Origin: Candidatus Poseidoniaceae archaeon
GTDB taxonomy: Archaea > Thermoplasmatota > Poseidoniia > Poseidoniales > Poseidoniaceae
Assembly: GCA_938084675.1 (NCBI GenBank)
Contig: CALKGM010000014.1
Coordinates: 2,454-66,453, forward strand
DNA length: 64,000 nt
Direction of reading: 5' to 3'
A program made the translations under genes and the position numbers. The notes under the pieces are model-generated. The model was not told the DNA's origin. It ran no database searches and saw nothing but the letters and a program-made list of their open reading frames with translations. Shown here piece after piece: positions 18,197 to 28,700 of this stretch; the stretch's first letter is position 1, and every line of letters begins with the position of its first letter.

Positions 18197-19450
18197 ATGG
18201 GTGAGAATTGGTCAGCGAAAAATCCGTACATGACAAAAATTACTGAAAATTATATTCTCAACGGGGAAGGGTCCCGTAAAGAGACCCGTCACGTCGTTTT
18301 CGAGTTAGGCGACTCAGGGTTGGATTACAAAGTCGGAGACGCCTTGGGCGTTCTAGCGGAAAATCCACCTCACATCGTTGATGAGATCATTGAAGTCCAA
18401 GGCTGGGACCGAGACCACGCAGTTACCACACACAATGGAGACCGCTCTCTCTATGATGCACTCAAGAAAGACTTTGAAGTTCATCTTGCCAACAAGAAAT
18501 TTGTTCAATCCTTAGCAACTAAGGTTGTATCGAGTGGAATGAACATTTCATTGAGCATGGTATCTCGCACGAGGAATACATCATCTTGGACCTCATCAGC
18601 CGATGAACAACTCCCCCCATCGCTACAAGCCTCGGTTCCATCTGACGACCCAAGCGATCAAGTCGCAGCAATTACCGTAGATGCCAAGGCTATCGAAGAT
18701 TACCTCTGGACTCGGGATTATGTCGATATCATGCGAGAGTTTGATGTCAAATATTCCCCTGAAGAGTTTTTGGACCTTGTTGACAGGTTGAAACCCCGCC
18801 TTTATTCCATTGCCTCGTCTCATGATGCCCATCCTGGGTACGTTGAACTAACCGTTGGTATTGTTCGCTTTGAATACAATAACCGTCCTCGTGGTGGATT
18901 GTGCACGCAGTTCATGGCGGATGAAATTGATACATCTGGTGCTCCAATTGGTGTGTTTATGTCTCCAACAAAGTCCTTCATACTCCCTGAAGACAAGGAC
19001 GTTGACATTATCATGGTCGGACCAGGTACAGGTATTGCTCCATTCCGTGCGTTCATGGAACAACGTGTTTTTGACGGCGGGAAGGGAAAGAACTGGCTCT
19101 TCTTCGGCGACCAGTCATCCAAGACAGAATTTTACTACAAGGATACCATTGAAACCTGGATGGACCAAGGAGACCTCTATCGCTTTACTACCGCTTGGTC
19201 ACGAGACCAAGAAGAAAAAATCTACGTCCAACACCGTCTAAAGGAACATGGTGCAGAGGTTTGGGAGTGGTTTGAGCGAGGTGCATATTTCTACATCTGT
19301 GGAGATAAGAAATACATGGCAAAAGATGTCCACCGGGCACTTATTGAAATTGCAATTGAACATGGCGGCATGTCGGAAGCAGACGCTACACACTTTATCG
19401 AGAAAACCATGATGAAAGAACAGAAGCGATATCTTCGTGACGTCTATTGA
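18197..19450 (+). CDS. Sulfite reductase flavoprotein (CysJ)/CPR-like FAD-NADPH oxidoreductase domain protein (no FMN domain)
   Basis: RLYSIASS, MVGPGTGIAPFRAF and YFYICGD...MAKDV are FNR-family motifs. A Ser-rich insert lies around aa 110-165. Confidence 0.7.
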   Translation: MGENWSAKNPYMTKITENYILNGEGSRKETRHVVFELGDSGLDYKVGDALGVLAENPPHIVDEIIEVQGWDRDHAVTTHNGDRSLYDALKKDFEVHLANKKFVQSLATKVVSSGMNISLSMVSRTRNTSSWTSSADEQLPPSLQASVPSDDPSDQVAAITVDAKAIEDYLWTRDYVDIMREFDVKYSPEEFLDLVDRLKPRLYSIASSHDAHPGYVELTVGIVRFEYNNRPRGGLCTQFMADEIDTSGAPIGVFMSPTKSFILPEDKDVDIIMVGPGTGIAPFRAFMEQRVFDGGKGKNWLFFGDQSSKTEFYYKDTIETWMDQGDLYRFTTAWSRDQEEKIYVQHRLKEHGAEVWEWFERGAYFYICGDKKYMAKDVHRALIEIAIEHGGMSEADATHFIEKTMMKEQKRYLRDVY

Positions 19451-19451
19451 T

Positions 19452-19916
19452 TCAATTCATGGGCAAAGGAACGCTTACGACAGGTATGCCCGCACCATTG
19501 GCGATCTCTTCCATACGCTTCGTCCATACGGATTCCGGTCCTGGAAAGGCCAACATGTGCGTAGAATGGCGAATCATACGCTGGCCAAGGTCAGCAACGG
19601 CCTCAGGCCGCCCCGTATCTTCAGCTTTTGACGGGCGAGGTGCATCCCATGCTTCGGTGAATATTGCGAGAGGAATATTGTTGTTATCAGCCCATCGTTC
19701 CGCCAAATAGTCTACCCCGCTTGCCCCTCCTAGGATGACGACATCGGGATATCCGTTGTAACGAACCCAAGTGTCTAATTCGTCTTCAAGAAATCCATAG
19801 TCGTAAAATTTTGAATTGCCGCAAATCACCAAATTGATGACCTTTCCATCGTTGTTCAAATCCTTTCCAGCAAGTTGTTGGAGGACTTCGCTCCCGGTCA
19901 TCGTCGTTCGGCTCAT
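19452..19916 (-). CDS. SLOG/DUF2493-like protein
   Basis: ORF trimmed to MSRTTMTG. VVILGGASGVDYLAERWADNNNIPLAIFTEAW matches the GGAxGxDxxAxxWA...P...F.A.W pattern of DUF2493 (YspA-type SLOG) proteins. Confidence 0.5.
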   Translation of the reverse strand: MSRTTMTGSEVLQQLAGKDLNNDGKVINLVICGNSKFYDYGFLEDELDTWVRYNGYPDVVILGGASGVDYLAERWADNNNIPLAIFTEAWDAPRPSKAEDTGRPEAVADLGQRMIRHSTHMLAFPGPESVWTKRMEEIANGAGIPVVSVPLPMN

Positions 19917-20148
19917 AAATTTAGATGGGGATAAGAGGATATGAATGTTCGTACAAAATTTGACGAAATATACGAAATCCGATTGAAATTTACCGGATAA
20001 GAAGCATAAAAACCTCAAAATTTCTGTGAAGTGTCCGATATGAAAATGAAAAAGAAGGTAATCCGCATAATGAGAAAACACTTGATATCATCTCCTTCCA
20101 GCCCGTTTGACCGCTTTGCTCATAGGTTACTTCGGTCGCCACGCCAAC

Positions 20149-21489
20149 ATGGGATTCAAACGCGTCTTGATTGCGAATCGCGGAGAAATTGCTCTGCGTA
20201 TCCTCAGAACTCTTCGTGATATGGGTATTGAAGCGGCCATCATCCACGGCAGGGAAGACCGCTTATCTCTGCCTGTGCGTATGGCAGACATCGCCTATCC
20301 AAACTACAGAACCAACCCTTTGGATTCCTACTTGGACATTGAATCTGTTATTCAAGCAGCCAAAGAACTGGAATGTGACGCAGTCCACCCGGGATACGGG
20401 TTTCTTGCCGAAAATGCAAACTTTGTTGCTCGTCTTGAAGAAGAAGGTATTACTTTCATTGGTCCATCATCGGATGTCATCACACTTCTTGGAGATAAAA
20501 TACAAGCAAGAGCGGCGATGGAAGAAGCAGGTTTGCCAACGGCAAAAGGCTCGTCTGAACCGATTGCAAGTGCGGACGTTGCTCGGGAACTCGCAGATGA
20601 TATTGGTTATCCCGTAATCATCAAAGCCGCAGCAGGAGGCGGAGGAATTGGAATGCAAATTGTTGAACAAGCCGATGAGTTTGAAGGAGCCTTGAAATTA
20701 TGCCAGTCGAGAGCCCGTTCTGCGTTTGGAGATGATCGGGTCTTTGTTGAAAAATACATCCTTGGCGCTCAGCACGTCGAATTTCAAGTTTTAGCAGACG
20801 GCAAAAAGGCCATACATTTTGGAGAGCGCTTTTGCTCCATTCAACGCCGCCATCAGAAATTGGTCGAAGAAGGGCCATGGCTTGATGATGAGAAACGTAC
20901 TGAAATCGGAGAATTGGTTTGTCGCGGTGCAGAAGCAGTTGGCTACAAAGGTCTTGCAACGTTTGAGTTCCTACGAGATGCCAATGGAGACTTCTATTTC
21001 CTTGAAGTCAATCCACGTGTTCAAGTTGAACACACTGTTACGGAGCTGCTAACAGGCTACAACCTCGTGGAACTTGGAGTTCGGGTCGCTCAAGGGGAGG
21101 ACCTACCACTTTCTCAAGAGGATATTACATGGAGAGGGCATGCTATTCAATGCCGTCTGAACGCTGAAGACCCTCGTGAGTTCATCCCAAGTCCAGGGCG
21201 ACTATGGGAGTGTCATTTCCCAAGCGGCTTTGGTATTCGCTGCGACACCCATGCCCATGCCGGATACGACATGCCTGGTTGTTTTGATTCCCTGCTTGCC
21301 AAACTATTGGTTTGGGGGCATGACCGAGACGATGCTGTTCGTCGTATGCGAACAGCCCTTGATGAAACCGTCATCACTGGAGTTGAACATTTGATTCCGT
21401 TACACCGTAGGATTATGGATGAACCAGACTTCATCAGTGGAAACATTACCATTCAGTACATTGATATGCATCAAGAATTACTTGGTTGA
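20149..21489 (+). CDS. accC: Biotin carboxylase (acyl-CoA carboxylase subunit)
   Basis: ORF trimmed to MGFKRVLIANRGEIALRILRT. Shows HPGYGFLAEN, an ATP-grasp region with KAAAGGGGIGM, and EVNPRVQVEHTVTE. No BCCP or carboxyltransferase gene is adjacent. Confidence 0.85.
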   Translation: MGFKRVLIANRGEIALRILRTLRDMGIEAAIIHGREDRLSLPVRMADIAYPNYRTNPLDSYLDIESVIQAAKELECDAVHPGYGFLAENANFVARLEEEGITFIGPSSDVITLLGDKIQARAAMEEAGLPTAKGSSEPIASADVARELADDIGYPVIIKAAAGGGGIGMQIVEQADEFEGALKLCQSRARSAFGDDRVFVEKYILGAQHVEFQVLADGKKAIHFGERFCSIQRRHQKLVEEGPWLDDEKRTEIGELVCRGAEAVGYKGLATFEFLRDANGDFYFLEVNPRVQVEHTVTELLTGYNLVELGVRVAQGEDLPLSQEDITWRGHAIQCRLNAEDPREFIPSPGRLWECHFPSGFGIRCDTHAHAGYDMPGCFDSLLAKLLVWGHDRDDAVRRMRTALDETVITGVEHLIPLHRRIMDEPDFISGNITIQYIDMHQELLG

Positions 21490-21533
21490 AATGCCTGCGG
21501 TAAAATCAAGAATCTCCCCCGCTTGGGTGGGCC

Positions 21534-22460
21534 ATGAGCGTCCTTGTTGTTGGTAGTCTTGCATACGATTCAGTTGAATCTCCAGAAGGTTCGATACAAG
21601 ACGCCCTGGGTGGGTCTGCGACGTATGCAGGCCTTGCTTGTCAATTTCATTTGGACCGTCTAAACCGTTCACCAGCATCCCTTGTTGGCGTCGTTGGTGA
21701 TGATTTTAGAGAAGAGGACAGGGCTACACTCAGCGATGCAGGTTTGAATCTCACGGGCATTCAAGTAGCATCTGGGAAGACATTCAGGTGGGAAGGAAGT
21801 TATCATGGTTCCATGGCTGAGGCAGTGACAAAGGCCACTTATCTCAATGTTTTTGAACACTTTAAGCCCGAAGTTCCAGCACCACTTTCTACTCCTTCGA
21901 TCGTATTTTGTGCAAATCTCCATCCCGGTATTCAGGCCTCCGTAATGGACCAAACATCTCCTAAGAGACTGACTATGTTGGATTCGATGAACCTGTGGAT
22001 TGAAATTGCTAAGCAGGATCTGTTGAACGTTATGAACCGTTCAGATGTGGTTATCATCAATGATGGAGAAGCAAGGATGCTAGCAGGCGATGACAATATC
22101 GTTCGAGCAATGACTCAGCTAGCCGACCAAACTTCAACAGCGACTTTGGTAGTCAAGCGAGGCGAGCACGGTGTCATTGCTCTCCACAATGGCCAGTGGA
22201 TTGCACTCCCCGCATATCCAACGGCTGACCTCACTGACCCAACCGGATGCGGTGATAGTTTCGCAGGCTCACTCGCAGCCCATTTCTCACTCAGTGAAGG
22301 GCCTGTCACATTGGATGAACTCAAACAAGGACTTGCCATTGCAACAGTGACGGCAAGTTTCACACTGATGAGTTTCGGAACAGAGGCTCTTTGCAAGTTG
22401 ACATCCGGCCAGTTTGAGCAAAGACTGGCGGATTATACCGGCATGATTCAATTTTCTTGA
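21534..22460 (+). CDS. PfkB-family carbohydrate/nucleoside kinase
   Basis: GGSATYAG near the N-terminus and DPTGCGDSFAG near the C-terminus are the PfkB signatures. Confidence 0.7.
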   Translation: MSVLVVGSLAYDSVESPEGSIQDALGGSATYAGLACQFHLDRLNRSPASLVGVVGDDFREEDRATLSDAGLNLTGIQVASGKTFRWEGSYHGSMAEAVTKATYLNVFEHFKPEVPAPLSTPSIVFCANLHPGIQASVMDQTSPKRLTMLDSMNLWIEIAKQDLLNVMNRSDVVIINDGEARMLAGDDNIVRAMTQLADQTSTATLVVKRGEHGVIALHNGQWIALPAYPTADLTDPTGCGDSFAGSLAAHFSLSEGPVTLDELKQGLAIATVTASFTLMSFGTEALCKLTSGQFEQRLADYTGMIQFS

Positions 22461-22462
22461 AG

Positions 22463-23953
22463 TCATTCGTCCAACTGTCGGACTTTTCGGTCCTCTTCAT
22501 GCACGGATGCTTGAAGGTCTGCGAATGAAACATCATCTAAGTTGGTAGGCTGACGTTCAGAATCCATTTCTCCAACGGTTGCAAGCATGGTCTCTACTTT
22601 CTCTTGTAACCGTTCCATCTCATCGTGACCAAATACACCACCGTTTTCACTCGAAAGGCTCCGTAATACTTCGCCCGTTTGGTCTTCTTGAGCTTGCTGT
22701 GCCTGTTCTCTAAGAGCCGATGATGTGTTGCTCGTTCCATAAGGGGAGGGTCTTGAAGGTCCCTTTGTTCCGTAAAGAATTTCACTTGCAACCTTGCGTA
22801 GTTGTCCTAAGAAACCTCTGGGGCCTTCTATGTCCCTAGAGCGTGGTTGCGGGCGATGGCGGGGGCGGAATGAGGATTGTTCTAGGTCCCGAGCTTTTCG
22901 TGGTTGTAGAAGTGGTTTTTCCCGTTCAAGGGTAATGTTTTTTCGGGGACTGGAGGGGATGACAACTTCACCTTCAACCGGGGTTGAGTCAATGCTTGGA
23001 ATAAGTTCAGCATCCAGGAGTATTGGTTCTTCATCAACTTCAACGACGTCTTGATTTCGGTGTGGTATATGCACCTCCTCTGCTCCAAAAAATGAAGGCA
23101 AGAAGGGTTGAGGTGGTCGCACGTCTGGGGGGGATTCAACAAAATCTTGATGCATTGGTGGGCGGTATTGTGGCTCTAGGACAGGAAGGTGTATTGGAGC
23201 GGGGCGATGGTCCGCAGGATAACTGGCTCGTTCTGCTGCAGCTTGTTCTGAATGCCAGGTTGAAAGAAAACTGGGAATTGCGGTGGGCTGCAACGGCTCG
23301 TGCGAATGCGTTGGCATCCATTCGGGCTCTTCCTCATCGTGATTAGATGCGGGCTGCACATTCTCTTCTTCACCAAGTGATGAGAGAAACATATCGATGG
23401 GGACTGGCGCATTGATGACGACGGGAAGTTCGGGGGCAGGAAGCATTCCTTCTCCCTCTTGATACGAGCGATTTACAGTAACCCAAGCCAAACGAGCAAA
23501 GGCCAAACTCTTGCCTTTGAGAAGTTTGTTTACAATGAAGGTGAGGTGTTTAAGGGTATGCTCGTTTCCAAAAAGAACGTGTGTGTCGTTTGATGCAGTT
23601 TGTATGGTTACCGTTGGTTGCCTGGTAAATACTCGTGCGAATATTGCCGCTCCGCCGGCTATCATAAACGACCATCGATAGATGGGCGGCACCATGAGTC
23701 TCCATCCAATCCAGATGGAGACGAATCCTACCATCAGTAACCAATTTGGTACAAGATTAGACGAATGGTGTTGGACGCTATCAATTGCTCCTACACGGAC
23801 ATTGATCGCAGAACTTCGTTGGCCTTGAATGGTCAGCATGCGCTCATCCAAACTGATATTGACCCGTTCCGATGGTTCCGCCAAACGTAGCGAAGTGAAC
23901 ATCTCAGTATCACTATCACTCGTTGGTACAGAATCCTGCCCAATTTCGTGCAT
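22463..23953 (-). CDS. Hypothetical membrane protein with long Pro-rich disordered C-terminal region
   Basis: Two hydrophobic segments around aa 70-115 sit between beta-rich segments. About 250 aa of low-complexity P/E/Q-rich sequence follow. Confidence 0.4.
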   Translation of the reverse strand: MHEIGQDSVPTSDSDTEMFTSLRLAEPSERVNISLDERMLTIQGQRSSAINVRVGAIDSVQHHSSNLVPNWLLMVGFVSIWIGWRLMVPPIYRWSFMIAGGAAIFARVFTRQPTVTIQTASNDTHVLFGNEHTLKHLTFIVNKLLKGKSLAFARLAWVTVNRSYQEGEGMLPAPELPVVINAPVPIDMFLSSLGEEENVQPASNHDEEEPEWMPTHSHEPLQPTAIPSFLSTWHSEQAAAERASYPADHRPAPIHLPVLEPQYRPPMHQDFVESPPDVRPPQPFLPSFFGAEEVHIPHRNQDVVEVDEEPILLDAELIPSIDSTPVEGEVVIPSSPRKNITLEREKPLLQPRKARDLEQSSFRPRHRPQPRSRDIEGPRGFLGQLRKVASEILYGTKGPSRPSPYGTSNTSSALREQAQQAQEDQTGEVLRSLSSENGGVFGHDEMERLQEKVETMLATVGEMDSERQPTNLDDVSFADLQASVHEEDRKVRQLDE

Positions 23954-24053
23954 CCCAATTCCACGAGCATCGGGACGCGGTTATCAATCCACCGCAGAAC
24001 GCAAGGAAAGCGAAGGCAAATAGTTCACTGGAAGTTCTTCGCCGAGTTGGTGT

Positions 24054-25076
24054 TCAGTTTTGTTTTTCAAGCGTGGCTGAGCCCATAATTCTTGGTTTTG
24101 AATCCAGTTGAGCAATCAAGACCTGTGGAGGGTTTGTTTTGCGAATAAAGAGAGGGCTCTCCCATGTCACTTTCACGCTCGAACCTTCTGTGGCCGTTAC
24201 GCGACCAACAACAAATTGCAAGTCAACACTAGCGTGGATGACATCGCCTACAGCAAGAGCTCGCTTTTGGAAGGGGGACACCGATAACTCAACAGCGGAG
24301 TTTACATGTTGTTCTACCGCTAAAGGAACTGAGGTGTTGGTTCGCTTATCTTCTACTGCTGGATGAACAATAATCGTGCCTCCAGTAAGGTGTTCCTCCT
24401 TTGCATTTCGAAGTGCTAATCCAACTCGGTCTCCGGCAGTGGCGCTGGGGACATCATCGTCCATTACTTGGAGAGATTTTGCACTGCCCCCTCCGTTAGC
24501 AGGGAGGAGAATCAGTTCGTCGTGAACGCTAACCGTCCCTGATTGAACATAGCCGATGGCAACCAATCCAATCCCCTTGACATTGAAGTGCTGGTCCACA
24601 GGGATGACGAGTGGGGCTTCAGCATTTGCAAGCAAATCTGGGATGCGCTGGTCCATTAGAGTGTAAAGACACTCCCGAAGATGTGGACCGTCATTCTTTT
24701 CAAAGGTCCAATCCGCCAAACCAGCCTGTTTGAAGAGCATAGCGACCTGGTCTTGGTCAATCCAAGAACCCTCTGGCGGGTTCAGAACCGCCACTCCATT
24801 CGTTATGCCCGAACTTGCGAAAGCGACGAGCACTTCTCCGAGGGTAGCATTGACTTCTGTGACCTCAATGATTCCAACCTGGGCCGTAGAGAGAGCGTTG
24901 AGGAAGGGAGGCAGCCGTTCTGGGTATTTGGCAGGGCGAATCAACGAGAGGATGCGTGCTCCATCGCCGTCCATCTCCTTGTGAACATAGGTATGGACGT
25001 CCCTTTGGTCTGCGGCTTTTGCAATGCTCTTAGCCAGTTCATCCGATCCAATCATAGCGATGTTGAGTACGACCAT
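24054..25076 (-). CDS. EF-Tu/EF1A-like protein with degenerate GTPase motifs
   Basis: An EF-Tu domain-2-like block (GTVSVHDELILLP...AGDRVGLALRN...GGTIIV) follows a G-like domain. In that domain the P-loop position reads IGSDELAKS instead of GHVDHGKS/T. Confidence 0.5.
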   Translation of the reverse strand: MVVLNIAMIGSDELAKSIAKAADQRDVHTYVHKEMDGDGARILSLIRPAKYPERLPPFLNALSTAQVGIIEVTEVNATLGEVLVAFASSGITNGVAVLNPPEGSWIDQDQVAMLFKQAGLADWTFEKNDGPHLRECLYTLMDQRIPDLLANAEAPLVIPVDQHFNVKGIGLVAIGYVQSGTVSVHDELILLPANGGGSAKSLQVMDDDVPSATAGDRVGLALRNAKEEHLTGGTIIVHPAVEDKRTNTSVPLAVEQHVNSAVELSVSPFQKRALAVGDVIHASVDLQFVVGRVTATEGSSVKVTWESPLFIRKTNPPQVLIAQLDSKPRIMGSATLEKQN

Positions 25077-25118
25077 ATGATGCCCACCGGAGACCTGTTC
25101 ATGAAGGTGGGGGTGATT

Positions 25119-25631
25119 TCAAGACGACCGTTTAGCCTTTTGAGCCAACATATGTTCGCGAATGGCCTTCGCTTTCTCCCATTCGCTCTTTTCGTCATCT
25201 GTTCCCGGCGTGTATTGGGGAATCGGGATTGGCCGCATCATTGAATCAATCGCTACAAAGAAAAAGTAACCCTCGCAAATAATCTTCTTTTCCCAAGTGG
25301 CCTTGCTCATCGTGTAAGCCGTTACTTTGGTACACGCCGTATGGCTGCTGGTGAAGACGACTTCTCCAGTCACTTCCAAAAGGTCACCTTGTCGTGCAGG
25401 GGCAATAAAGGTCAACGTGTCTATCGAAATGGTGACAAACTCGCGGTGTGCAAATTTGGCACAAGCGATACCTCCTGCTTTATCCATGAGGGAAAGAAGC
25501 CGACCGCCAAAGAGGGTGTTGTAGGCATTGGTGTCTTGGGGAAACACTTCTTCAATGAGCGTGACGGGTTCAGTAGAGTAAGGGTCCATGTTTCTCCCAA
25601 GGCGTTCTCCCTCATAACTCATGTTAAACAA
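25119..25631 (-). CDS. Hotdog-fold acyl-CoA thioesterase (YciA/ACOT-like)
   Basis: FPQDTNAYNTLFGGRLLSLMDKAGGIACAKFA...VTISIDTLTFIAPARQGDLLEV is the acyl-CoA thioester hydrolase pattern. Confidence 0.7.
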   Translation of the reverse strand: MFNMSYEGERLGRNMDPYSTEPVTLIEEVFPQDTNAYNTLFGGRLLSLMDKAGGIACAKFAHREFVTISIDTLTFIAPARQGDLLEVTGEVVFTSSHTACTKVTAYTMSKATWEKKIICEGYFFFVAIDSMMRPIPIPQYTPGTDDEKSEWEKAKAIREHMLAQKAKRSS

Positions 25632-25723
25632 TAGGATGTGAAATCATTCTTTATTAAAAGGCGATGACAGGAGAGCGACGAAGTTTTATGTGGATGAATC
25701 CTCCGGAGAGCGTAGGTGACACC

Positions 25724-28700
25724 ATGCCGAATGAAACACCCCGTAGAAGTATACCATTTTTCCTCGTATTTTTGATGCTCCTTGCTCCTTTTGCTGGTGC
25801 AAGTGTTACCACCTTTGCAGACGGCTCTTCAGAAGTTGATATTGAGATTCGCGATGGTGCGCCAATGACAAACATTGTTGATGGAGCGATTGACCTTCCA
25901 GTTGGAGAAACCGTGACCGCAGCATCCATGACGATATCAACAGAAATGATTGAACATGCAGCTCATTCTAGAATTGACCTGGAAACCAGCGATCGTGTTT
26001 GGAACCCTGCTCATAACAATCAACTGACCGAATTTTCGGATGAGACCTTGTTCCAATACGAGGACAGTTCGGGAGATGCCACTCCCCTCTCGCTCAAGGC
26101 TGAAGGGTTCTTGACTGATTTTGAAGGAACTTTTGCTGGCTTCTTGGACTTGTCAAATCCCCCGCCAGGGGCCGAAGGATGGGTTCATGGCGCTCCGTCT
26201 TCAACCGATGTACCTGCGAATTGTGCCTCAGGAAATGATTGCTGGGGGACAAACCTCGGTGACAACAATTACACCGACGACAACGGTGAACTTCCCTTTG
26301 AACTCTATATGAATTCACCCGAACTGTACGTCAACCCTACACTCAAGAGCAAAACAGCGACCTTTTCATCCTGGCATAATTTTGAGGCATATGCAGGCAG
26401 TGCAACAAACTCCGTTCGATATGCTGATTGTGGGTATTTGCAAATCCGTTCTTCTCCAAACCCCGGATTCCCTCCCGATGATTCAGGATTCCAGTTTTTG
26501 CCGATTGATGCTCAAAACAGCACGGGTATTGGGTTCGGTCAAGGCTATGCTCAACGGGCACAGTATTCCTGGCAGTTAGATAACAAAATAGACACAACCT
26601 GTGGCGGATTATCCGGCCAAGGTGCGAATCAAAAATATGGGCTAGCCGGTTCTTCGACCTATGCTCAGAACCCAACTGGATGGGCAACAATTGCAGTGGA
26701 CTTGAACGATTTTATTGGTGATTATGTTCAAATCCGTTTTGTCATGGAACACAATGGCGTCCAAGAAGCAGAAACCCCTCTTGATGACAACATGTCCGGG
26801 TGGCACATTGACAATTTCCGTCTTGGTGATGTCCTGCCCCAAAATGCTAGCATGACAGTTCGTGGCATTTCTCCGTCTGTTTTCGGAGGAGAGAATCATC
26901 CCAACGGCTATGGTTTGCTAAGCATCGAAGCATCGACCTCACTGACCGCCCAACTTTCAGTTGACGTTCTGGATGCAAACAACAGAATCATCAATGACAC
27001 GTCGGGTGTGCCAATGGTCGGACTTACAGGGGACATCATTGAACTCTGGGACATTGACACGTCGAAATACTATTCTGTTAACCTTCGTTTCAATTTTGAC
27101 TCGGGGCCAGATCGTCTTTCGACCGCAGTTATGCACGGATTTAGCATGGGCACGAGAGTTGGTACCGGATTCAATGCCTCATCTACTGCCTTTGGTTCAG
27201 TGGCAGATGGAATTTGGTCAACCCCTGGAGGGGGAATGCCGATGATGTATACTCCGTCATTGATTCAAGAAGGGTTTTCGACCAGCTTAGATCGCAGTAA
27301 ATTCAGTTATCCAATTACATCGGTAACGCCCTACATACAAGATGGCTGCAGTGAATCTCCAGAGATTAGCATCGTCCCAGTTGGTCAATCCGATGCCGTG
27401 AATTTGACCGCTGATGTCAAAACCTCATTTGGGGCACCAATTCTTGGTTTCACCTCTGTAGTATCCTACATGGGCTTTTGCGAAGTGAGTGGGATTTGGT
27501 TTGACCTTGAATTTGGCCACCACGCAGAGCATCTACGAATCGATGTAGCCAATGATGGCGATGTTGACTACGGCTTCACCGAGCCCGCTTTTGGAATGTT
27601 TGGGCGCCAAACGAACTTCATTCTCAACAAGGTGAACAACATCAACTATGCAGCAGATGATGCAAGTATGACGCTCAACGTTAACGGCGATGCTGAGGGG
27701 GCGTTCTTCATGCTTCCAGCCGGTGCCGAAATCTCATCCGCAGATGTCTCGTTTGATGACAACACCATTCGCTCAAATTCGAACCCCGATGAAGGATTCG
27801 CGCTTTCTCTCATGGCTGGATCACAATCTGTGGGATTGGGCGATATGCCGAACAGAAGCATCATCATCACCGAGGCACTTCCAACTCCTCTTGGATTCAA
27901 AGATGCCCTTAACAGCCTCTTGACCAATCCATCAGTCGCTGGGAACCATCAAGATGAATTTGGTCGATATTGGGTCACCTTCCGGTTTGCAGTGAGTTCA
28001 CCAAACGCCTCATCTGGAACTTCTCTAAATGTAGTTGGTCTTGATATTGTTTACAATTACTCCACAACCATCAACACGCTTGACGGGTTTGATATTGAAC
28101 TCAATCAAGGTATTGCACTTTGGACGGGTGGCGGTGCAAATGCACGCGTCCCTATTGGTGTTCATTCCGATACCGGAGGGGGCGTTGAGTTCAGCGGATT
28201 GTCGGTTTCCTCAAGTACAGGTTACAGCAATACGCTTTCAGTAACAGATAACCCTGCAGGACTTTATCCAAATGGGGAAATCTATGAAGTTATTACAACA
28301 CATGCGGTTGATCCATTGACTGGAACAGCATTGTCAGAGGCTTGGGTGACTTTTGAATCTCCAACAGATTACATTAAGCTCTCATGGTCCGATTTCATGC
28401 AATTCTCTGAAGCGAGTGACGAACATGACCTTATCACCCTTGAATCCACATCTTCGGTTTCAGAATATACCAATGGAAAACAAGTGAAATGGCATTTCCG
28501 TGTGAATTCAAACTGGGACGATACTGAGGCTGTACGAATGTACGCTGGACTAACAACAGCAAGCAACGTAAACGGTCTTCCAGACGCTCTTTTGTTTGAT
28601 CCAAGTGTCGGCAATGCTGTAGAAAACGATGCAGGCATCACATCCTTTGAGTTGCAAAACAGCATCGGAGTCGCACAATCGCTTACGGATGCAGAATCCG

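Noticed and set aside
21434-21444. Another ORB-like match, TCAGTGGAAAC.
   Set aside because: It lies inside the accC coding sequence and encodes conserved residues (ISGNIT). It is most likely a chance occurrence and was not counted as an origin element.
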